Below, piece by piece: positions 1 through 5,787 of a stretch of 17,731 bases of DNA. Source of the DNA: a virus; the IMG/VR virus record IMGVR_UViG_3300045988_136749, positions 1 to 17,731 of that record, one strand, 5' to 3'. Below the pieces are notes generated by a model. It saw nothing but the letters and a program-made list of their open reading frames with translations. It ran no database searches and had not been told where the DNA came from. The first letter of the stretch is position 1. Every line of letters starts with the position of its first letter. Position numbers and translations under genes: made by a program.

Positions 1-31
1 GAGTGGTATTTCATTTCAACTTCGACTGTCA
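1..31. repeat. Left inverted terminal repeat (ITR)
   Basis: nt 1-31 (GAGTGGTATTTCATTTCAACTTCGACTGTCA) match the reverse complement of nt 17701-17731 at 30/31 positions. The first 22 nt are perfect and the single mismatch is at position 23. Short ITRs are the hallmark of protein-primed linear phage genomes. Confidence 0.9.
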
Positions 32-70
32 GTTGCACCTCGGATAGTCACAACCTGTGGAGCAAGTACT

Positions 71-90
71 CGCTCGCTGTCGCTCGCTCG
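71..90. repeat. GC-rich tandem decamer (CGCTCGCTGT / CGCTCGCTCG)
   Basis: The octamer CGCTCGCT occurs at 71-78 and again at 81-88, a 10-bp period. It is a locally GC-rich island in AT-rich non-coding terminal DNA. TGTGAG/TGAG repeats and a 7-bp inverted repeat (AGTACAT 105-111 / ATGTACT 126-132) follow. Confidence 0.6.
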
Positions 91-212
91 GCTCTGTGAG
101 ACTGAGTACATGTGAGTGTTTACTAATGTACTAAATTGTTGTTGTCATTTGTAACTTAGTTGGTACGTCATTCGTCAGAACACCTGTTCGTTTTTTCAAA
201 TTCGTTCTAACT

Positions 213-250
213 GAGAATGGTTCTCATTTGAGAATGATTCTCATTTGAGA
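213..250. repeat. 17-bp tandem repeat (2.2 copies); each unit contains a 13-bp palindrome (operator-like)
   Basis: GAGAATGGTTCTCATTT (213-229), GAGAATGATTCTCATTT (230-246), then GAGA (247-250). The second unit holds the perfect palindrome GAGAAT-G-ATTCTC. The units differ at one base. Confidence 0.7.
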
Positions 251-257
251 GCTGTCC

Positions 258-308
258 AATAAAAATGCCACCCACGTTACGAACATTCGTTCTGTAACTA
301 GAGTGGCA
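258..308 (-). terminator. Rho-independent terminator downstream of the packaging ATPase gene (compound hairpin)
   Basis: The outer stem TGCCAC (266-271) / GTGGCA (303-308) encloses the inner stem GTTACGAAC (276-284) / GTTC-t-GTAAC (289-298) with loop ATTC. On the minus strand the hairpin is followed by TTTTTATT (265-258). There is no T-run on the plus-strand side. Confidence 0.6.
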
Positions 309-425
309 ATATATCATTTACAAGTGGTACATTAAAGCGGTCTGCAATTTACCAACATACAAGTTAGCGTATTTTTCAACGTTGCTTTCTAACTGTATAC
401 ATTAATGTTAGCACTTGGTGATACC

Positions 426-1460
426 TTAATACGAAAGTGAAGCAAGTACAGCTTCTTTACACAACATGTCTTTAAATCTTAGACATCCTCTTTCAAAATA
501 AAATCTTAGGTTAGTTAGAATTAAGTCATTCTTTTTTAACATAACATAGTTAATATTATGGTCATCGGTTGTGACTGTTATTTTGATAGGACAGGTGTTA
601 TCTGGTTTATCATCACAGAATATAATACCAGAATCAGCATATTCCTTAATGCCATACATTCTATCCTTGTATTTAAGAGTGAATACATATCTTCCTCTTC
701 CACTTGGCTTATCAATAAAAGCTTTGCTGTCGTTAAGGTACACACCTTGGCTAGAATATGCAACGTATTTGTCACTTGAAAAAGCCTTATTGAAACCACT
801 CTGTTTTTGTGCAATAGATGCTGTGTCAATGTAGCCTTGTTCTAGTACGAACCCATTACCTCGCAAGAATTTTGTATCGTCTTTTAATCTGGCAGAGATA
901 CCCATAGCTGTATAATACGGGTTAATAATAGATACAGTATTACCACACATATAAACAGGTACATATCTAATTTGTTTTCCCTGTCCTCTTGCAACGCTTG
1001 TGTGTATGCTTAAAAATTTCTTTATTTCATCGGTACAATAGTGATTTGTTTCGCTCTGGAATTCGTCAAACATTATTCGTTGAACATCGGAAAAAAGGTG
1101 ACTGTATCGCTTTAATGCATCTGCATTATTAAGTGAGAACGCATAGCCGCATGGTTCTTCATTTAAGAACAGCTCATGAAAAATGCCAGAAGCTCGCCTT
1201 TTGCTTGTCATTTCGTATTCCCTAAAGAATAACGAGCCAATATCCTTAAAAAATTTGTCTGCTACATCATCTAACTCATAATTATATCGATATAATAAAG
1301 CGAATTTTTCGCCTCTTTTTATAAAGCTATTTACATTAAGTCTGCCAAAATAAGTTGTCTTTCCGCCTGTTCTATTGGTTGTCACCATATAAATTTCTGG
1401 CTTGTTTCCATTAATGTCAAGCATACTCAAAAGCTTTGTTCCATCATAGTATTTATTCAT
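426..1460 (-). CDS. DNA encapsidation (packaging) ATPase, phi29 gp16-like
   Basis: Walker A-like TNRTGGKTT near the N-terminus and Walker B-like IMFDEF. Size of about 345 aa and a terminal position are typical of phi29-like phages. The open frame begins at GTG 1472, but ATG 1460 (MNKYYDG...) is the more likely start. Confidence 0.8.
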   Translation of the reverse strand: MNKYYDGTKLLSMLDINGNKPEIYMVTTNRTGGKTTYFGRLNVNSFIKRGEKFALLYRYNYELDDVADKFFKDIGSLFFREYEMTSKRRASGIFHELFLNEEPCGYAFSLNNADALKRYSHLFSDVQRIMFDEFQSETNHYCTDEIKKFLSIHTSVARGQGKQIRYVPVYMCGNTVSIINPYYTAMGISARLKDDTKFLRGNGFVLEQGYIDTASIAQKQSGFNKAFSSDKYVAYSSQGVYLNDSKAFIDKPSGRGRYVFTLKYKDRMYGIKEYADSGIIFCDDKPDNTCPIKITVTTDDHNINYVMLKKNDLILTNLRFYFERGCLRFKDMLCKEAVLASLSY

Positions 1461-1487
1461 TGTGCATGTCACCCACTTCCTCTATAT

Positions 1488-1516
1488 ATTGTATCATACA
1501 TCTTGACAAAAATCAA
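1488..1516 (-). promoter_or_regulatory. SigA-type promoter for the ATPase gene
   Basis: Minus strand: TTGATT (1516-1511), 17-nt spacer, TACAAT (1493-1488), with an extended -10 TG (TGaTACAAT). The predicted transcription start lies just upstream of the GGAAGTGGGTG ribosome-binding region. Confidence 0.6.
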
Positions 1517-1531
1517 TATATAGTATATAAT
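1503..1531 (+). promoter_or_regulatory. Late-operon promoter, perfect consensus TTGACA-17-TATAAT
   Basis: TTGACA at 1503-1508, an exact 17-nt spacer, and TATAAT at 1526-1531. It lies 28 nt upstream of the holin start and overlaps the divergent ATPase promoter. Confidence 0.75.
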
Positions 1532-1558
1532 ATTTTAGATGAAAAGGTGGTGAAAATA

Positions 1559-1786
1559 ATGGATGTAAATGCTATTTTGCAGGCAGTAGGTACGTTAGGT
1601 TTTCCAATCGTATGTGCCATAGCTATGGCTTGGTATGTCAAGTATATGACAGATCGAAACAGGGAAGATATTGACAAACTTAACACACAGCATCAGCAGG
1701 AAATGAAAGAAGTAACGACAGCATTAAACAACAACACATTGGCACTACAAAAGTTATCAGATGTTATTAGTAAAGAGGGTGATTAA
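1559..1786 (+). CDS. BhlA/UviB-family holin-like protein (75 aa)
   Basis: The SD AAAGGTGGTGA precedes ATG 1559. The N-terminal TM segment (LGFPIVCAIAMAWYV) followed by a charged coiled-coil tail is the BhlA/UviB (YvrJ-like) architecture. The upstream part of the tracked ORF (1436-1558) overlaps the promoter and is unlikely to be coding. Confidence 0.7.
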   Translation: MDVNAILQAVGTLGFPIVCAIAMAWYVKYMTDRNREDIDKLNTQHQQEMKEVTTALNNNTLALQKLSDVISKEGD

Positions 1787-2125
1787 ATGAGGAATCAACT
1801 TTTAACACAACTACTTTCTTGCGGTGTGCAGACAATTGGTGAAAACAACGGAAAATATACTTTTTATACAGAGGTTTCAAATACTCATAAATTTATTTGC
1901 CCACCATTATTTGATGCAAGTATATCAGTTGGTAGTGTTATTATTGTAAAAGTGGCGCGAGTTGTTGACAATTCGCCTAATTTTGAATTATCGGTATTAG
2001 TGTGTTGTAATGCTTCTAGTAGCTTAGGTTTAGCGACTAATGATAATGAGAAAAGAAACAATCTTATGTGGCGTGAGTTGACAAATGCAGATTTAAAAAT
2101 ACACCCATCCGAAATTTCAAACTAG
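1787..2125 (+). CDS. Hypothetical protein (112 aa)
   Basis: The ATG abuts the holin stop (TAAATG) and is preceded by the SD AGAGGGTGA. It ends in a double stop, TAG TGA. No motif recognised. Confidence 0.6.
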   Translation: MRNQLLTQLLSCGVQTIGENNGKYTFYTEVSNTHKFICPPLFDASISVGSVIIVKVARVVDNSPNFELSVLVCCNASSSLGLATNDNEKRNNLMWRELTNADLKIHPSEISN

Positions 2126-2139
2126 TGAGGTGATTAAAA

Positions 2140-2733
2140 ACGGGAAAACAGATTGACGATTTAGTTTTACTTGCTATTCTTCAAAATCAAATAAATAAGG
2201 CTGTAGATGAAAACAAGGTTGATACTAGTAAGTTTGCAACTGTTAAGTACATTGAATCAATAGGTTCTTTAACGCAGGATGACAAAAATGATATTTCTAA
2301 AAACTTATATAATTTTTTGATTGAAAGATCTTCTTCTGTAGTATATAGATTAACTTATGAAAGTGCGTCATCATGGAGATATGTTTCTTATAACCCGCAG
2401 TTCGGAGCATTTACGTATTCGACAGAAGGATATTTTTATACAAAATTAAGAGTTGATAAAGAAGTAACAACTGATGCTACTGGTAATGTAACCAAAACAG
2501 ATGCAAAATCAGATTTGCCAAGACCTCAAAATTTTATTTTGAAATCAGATAAATATCCAGACGTAGTTTTTTATGCAAACTACTTTAACAACTCAACAGA
2601 TTCTGTCATATATCGCTTTTCAAGTGGTATTATCTTAGATTCATCCACTGAAACACCACAATACAAAATTGTTTTTGCCTCTTACAACGTTAATACAGCT
2701 AAAGTTACTTTTGTAGAGAAGGTGTTAGCATGA
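2140..2733 (+). CDS. Hypothetical (probably virion) protein, likely initiated at a non-canonical ACG
   Basis: The frame is open from 2134 to 2733. The tracked start (TTG 2317) has no SD, whereas a strong SD, GTGAGGTGA (2125-2133), sits 6 nt before ACG 2140. That matches the GGTGATTAAA-ATG architecture at 1787 and 7388. The 59 codons between 2140 and 2317 read as normal protein (KQIDDLVLLAILQNQINKAVDENK...). Confidence 0.5.
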   Translation, partial: TGKQIDDLVLLAILQNQINKAVDENKVDTSKFATVKYIESIGSLTQDDKNDISKNLYNFLIERSSSVVYRLTYESASSWRYVSYNPQFGAFTYSTEGYFYTKLRVDKEVTTDATGNVTKTDAKSDLPRPQNFILKSDKYPDVVFYANYFNNSTDSVIYRFSSGIILDSSTETPQYKIVFASYNVNTAKVTFVEKVLA

Positions 2734-2984
2734 AAACAGTAATTTTAAACTCAAAAGGTATTGACGTAGTAGCATTACAATCTATCTTACGCTCACAAGG
2801 GTTCGTTGGGCAAGACGGAAAACCATTGTCAATAGACGGACATGCAGGCAATAATACAATTTTTGCTATAAATTCTTATCAAAAGATGTTACGAGCTTAC
2901 GACATTGAATGTGGCACAAATGGCCATAATGATTCTTCATGTGGTTCAAAAATGTGGGAGTGCTTGTTAGGTGGTGATTGCTAA
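2730..2984 (+). CDS. Stand-alone peptidoglycan-binding domain protein (PG_binding_1-like, 84 aa)
   Basis: GIDVVALQSILRSQGF...IDGHAGNNTIFAINSYQK fits the PG_binding_1 pattern, and the C-terminal tail carries four Cys. It is coupled on both sides: ATGA overlap upstream and TAATG overlap downstream. Confidence 0.65.
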   Translation: MKTVILNSKGIDVVALQSILRSQGFVGQDGKPLSIDGHAGNNTIFAINSYQKMLRAYDIECGTNGHNDSSCGSKMWECLLGGDC

Positions 2985-4084
2985 TGGCTTTTACGCCTAG
3001 ACTTACATCAGCAGGCATGCAAGGTTCTAAATACTGGTATAGTGATAACCCATTTTATAAAGCTAACCTTGGCCCACAACAGACAGGCGGTAACTGTACA
3101 TGGTATGCTTGGGGCAGATTTTACGAGATTATCGAACGTTATCCATCTGGTTTATCAACATCAAATGCAACTAATTGGTATTCACGTACAACAGGTTTTT
3201 CAAAAGGAAAAGAGCCAAAATTAGGTGCTATTGCTTGCTATGGATATAACAGTGGTGGTGCAGGACACGTTGCAGTTGTTGAACAAATAACATCAGATGG
3301 TATTGTAACGTCAAACAGCGGTTGGTCATCTGGAAAGTATTTTTGGACAGAAAAAGCAAAAAAGAGCAACGGATATTGTCCAGAGTGGATGAATGGTTAC
3401 TTGCAAGGTTTTATATATGCTGACGTTGATACTGGTTCTATTCCAGACCCAACAGATTTGCACTGGCAATCTATCCCAGATTGGTTAGATAGTTATACAT
3501 CAGAAAAATCAGCAAACAACGCTTATTGCGTCGCAAGTTATTTACTTACAAAAGGCTGGTCTTTAAATGGTGTTTGTGCATTGCTTGGTAACGCTACAAT
3601 GGAATCTTTTATAAGCGCAGACCTTTTTGAAAAAGGTGTGGCAGAAGATGAAAGAGGGTATGGACTAGTTCAGTGGACACCCGCAGTTGAAACTATTATT
3701 CCTTATTTGAATCAAAATTATCCAGACTGGCGAACAAATCTTGATGATAATGGTTACGGCCAGTGTCAGCGATTGGATGATGAACGTCATAACAATCCTC
3801 AAGAATGGTATCCAAACTTTCCGTCAGTACCTAGTGAGTACAGAACTTATCAGACAATGGATGCTTTTTGCACTGCAACAGATGATGTTGAACATATGGC
3901 AAAATGCTTTTTGTACTGTTATGAAAGGCCTGCTGACCCATCAGCAACCATTGAAAAACGTGCAGAATATGCAAGATACTACTTTAATTTGCTACAGGAT
4001 TTTAACCCATCTTTGCCAACAGGAAAAGGAATAAGACGCAGAATGCCAATATGGATGTATCCAAAATTAAGAAAGAGGTGGTAA
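2984..4084 (+). CDS. Peptidoglycan hydrolase: N-terminal CHAP domain plus C-terminal phage tail lysozyme-like domain
   Basis: CHAP catalytic Cys context GGNCTWYAWGR and His context GAGHVAVVEQI. The C-terminal half carries LLGNATMESF...ERGYGLVQWTP, typical of tail-associated lysozyme-like domains. The SD GGTGGTGA precedes ATG 2984 (the tracked ORF starts at TTG 2978). This is the functional analogue of phi29 gp13, an endolysin, or both. Confidence 0.75.
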   Translation: MAFTPRLTSAGMQGSKYWYSDNPFYKANLGPQQTGGNCTWYAWGRFYEIIERYPSGLSTSNATNWYSRTTGFSKGKEPKLGAIACYGYNSGGAGHVAVVEQITSDGIVTSNSGWSSGKYFWTEKAKKSNGYCPEWMNGYLQGFIYADVDTGSIPDPTDLHWQSIPDWLDSYTSEKSANNAYCVASYLLTKGWSLNGVCALLGNATMESFISADLFEKGVAEDERGYGLVQWTPAVETIIPYLNQNYPDWRTNLDDNGYGQCQRLDDERHNNPQEWYPNFPSVPSEYRTYQTMDAFCTATDDVEHMAKCFLYCYERPADPSATIEKRAEYARYYFNLLQDFNPSLPTGKGIRRRMPIWMYPKLRKRW

Positions 4085-4085
4085 A

Positions 4086-4370
4086 ATGAAACAGGCAACA
4101 AAAGATGCATTATTAGCATTTGTCGGAGATAGAACAGACGACGAAGCTATCAGCATTTTGGAAACAATCAACGATGATGGTATCGAAGATGGTGAGGACT
4201 GGCATCAGAAATACGTTGATAATGACAAGGAATGGCGAGAAAGATATACAGCGAGATTCAAAGAGGGTGGAGCTCCACAGACAACAGTACCACCAGAACC
4301 AGAACCAGACCCTGAGGATGAAATGAAAAAGTTAACTATTGATACCGTCTTATACGGTGATAATAAATAA
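4086..4370 (+). CDS. Putative head scaffolding protein (gp7-like position)
   Basis: A 94-aa, strongly acidic, helical-looking protein immediately upstream of the major capsid gene, as in phi29. The assignment is by position and composition only. Confidence 0.5.
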   Translation: MKQATKDALLAFVGDRTDDEAISILETINDDGIEDGEDWHQKYVDNDKEWRERYTARFKEGGAPQTTVPPEPEPDPEDEMKKLTIDTVLYGDNK

Positions 4371-4385
4371 AGGAGTGATTTTTAT

Positions 4386-5771
4386 ATGCCAACTAAACCG
4401 AGAATTACGACTAATACAAATATTTCTGCGGATGTTGTAAACGCTATCAAAAATAGTGCATCAAACAATTATCGTGAGAATGTACCTTACGCGACACCAG
4501 ATGCAGATTCGCTTCGGGGTATTGGTGCTATCTTAATGAATAATCCTGCATTAATGAACGAGTTTATCAACACTCTTGTCAACAGGATTGCCTTTGCAAG
4601 AATTGCCAGCAGAATGTACACCAATCCGCTTAGAACGCTGAAAAAAGGTGTCATTGACACCGGTGAAACCATTGAAGATATTTTTGTAAATATTGCGAAT
4701 GTATATCAGTATGAAGAAGTAAGAGGCTCCGACAATGGTGCAGGTAACACATTTAAGCGTTTTGACAACGATGTGAGAGTTGCTTTCTATGTGATGAATT
4801 CACAGTTGACTTACCCTGTGACAGTTAATCGTGCGATGCTCAAAAATGCTTTCAATTCTTGGGCAGGCATGGATGAACTTGTAACCGGCATTATTCAGTC
4901 AGTTTACAGTGCGGCGGCTTACGATGAATTCAATATCACAAAATACATGATTGGTCAGCACATTCTCAAAGGAAAACTTACTTACTACACATTCACAGGT
5001 GGCCGTTATCTTGAAGCAGCTACACAGCTTAGAAAAGCTTCAAATGATATGTCATTTATGACAGACAAGCTTTCTATTGCAGGTGTTAAGACTTTCACAG
5101 AAAATGACCGAAAAGTTATTCTTATCAATACCAACTATGACGCAAACATTGATACAAATGTTCTTGCAGGTGCTTTCAATCTTCCGTACGCAGATTACTT
5201 AAACAGAAGAATCCTTATTGATTCACTTGGCACACTAGACGTTGAAAGACTTAACAAGATTTTTGCAAATGACCCCACATATGAAGAACCATCCGCTGAT
5301 GACATGGCTTTTCTTGATAACATTGCAGGTGTTATTTTGGATGAAGATTTTGTTCAGATTTATGACAATGTTTTTGAAATGCGTGATATGCCGAACCCTG
5401 TTTCACTTGACCACAACTATTTCTTGCATATGTGGCAGACATACGCAGTATCACCTTTTGCAAATGTCGTATGTTGCATTCCTGCTGAATCTGTACCTGC
5501 ACAGACAACCGATAACACAACAATTACACCATCAGCAGTAGCAGTTACAGGTAAACTCGGCAAAGATGGTACAGCCACAGGCATTCTTACTGCAACAGTT
5601 TCAACAGTAACAGGTGGCACAGAAACAGTTAAATGGACTAAAACAGGTGGTACAGCCACAGGTACTATTGCTTCAAACGGCGTTTGGAAAGCAGAGACAG
5701 CAGGTACTTTGAAAGCAAAAGCAAGTATTGGTACTATTGAATCTGATGAGGTAACTATTACAGTATCTTAA
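4386..5771 (+). CDS. Major capsid protein with C-terminal Ig-like (BIG2-type) domain
   Basis: 461 aa, following the scaffold gene. The C-terminal ~85 aa (ITPSAVAVTGKLGKDGTATG...EVTITVS) have the T/G/V-rich beta pattern of bacterial Ig-like domains, as in phi29 gp8. Confidence 0.8.
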   Translation: MPTKPRITTNTNISADVVNAIKNSASNNYRENVPYATPDADSLRGIGAILMNNPALMNEFINTLVNRIAFARIASRMYTNPLRTLKKGVIDTGETIEDIFVNIANVYQYEEVRGSDNGAGNTFKRFDNDVRVAFYVMNSQLTYPVTVNRAMLKNAFNSWAGMDELVTGIIQSVYSAAAYDEFNITKYMIGQHILKGKLTYYTFTGGRYLEAATQLRKASNDMSFMTDKLSIAGVKTFTENDRKVILINTNYDANIDTNVLAGAFNLPYADYLNRRILIDSLGTLDVERLNKIFANDPTYEEPSADDMAFLDNIAGVILDEDFVQIYDNVFEMRDMPNPVSLDHNYFLHMWQTYAVSPFANVVCCIPAESVPAQTTDNTTITPSAVAVTGKLGKDGTATGILTATVSTVTGGTETVKWTKTGGTATGTIASNGVWKAETAGTLKAKASIGTIESDEVTITVS

Positions 5772-5787
5772 ATAGGAGAGTGACTTA

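Noticed and set aside
18-32. TTCGACT inside the left ITR resembling the T-loop heptamer
   Set aside because: The flanking bases form no T-stem, and the right ITR copy carries the mismatch inside this heptamer (TTTGACT). It is most likely a coincidence.
301-333. Internal copies of the terminal motif (GAGTGGCAATATATCATTT at 301 and AAGTGGTAC at 322, versus terminal GAGTGGTATTTCATTT)
   Set aside because: The similarity is short and gapped, and GTGGCA at 303-308 is already explained as the terminator outer stem. It could be coincidence, so I do not claim an internal pseudo-origin.
558-834. Three overlapping ORFs (558-779 +, 571-834 +, 578-829 -) inside the ATPase gene
   Set aside because: They are entirely nested within, or antisense to, a well-supported ATPase CDS. 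They have no SD sequences and low-complexity hydrophobic translations typical of off-frame reading of AT-rich coding DNA.
3042-4034. Internal + strand ORFs 3042-3224 and 3741-4034 within the hydrolase gene, and 4120-4326 within the scaffold gene
   Set aside because: These are alternative frames of confidently assigned genes, with no SD and no motif support.
4487-5659. ORFs inside the capsid gene (4487-4672 -, 5242-5541 +, 5332-5523 -, 5417-5659 -)
   Set aside because: They are nested in or antisense to the major capsid CDS. The 5417-5659 product is just the antisense reading of the T/G/V-rich Ig-domain codons.
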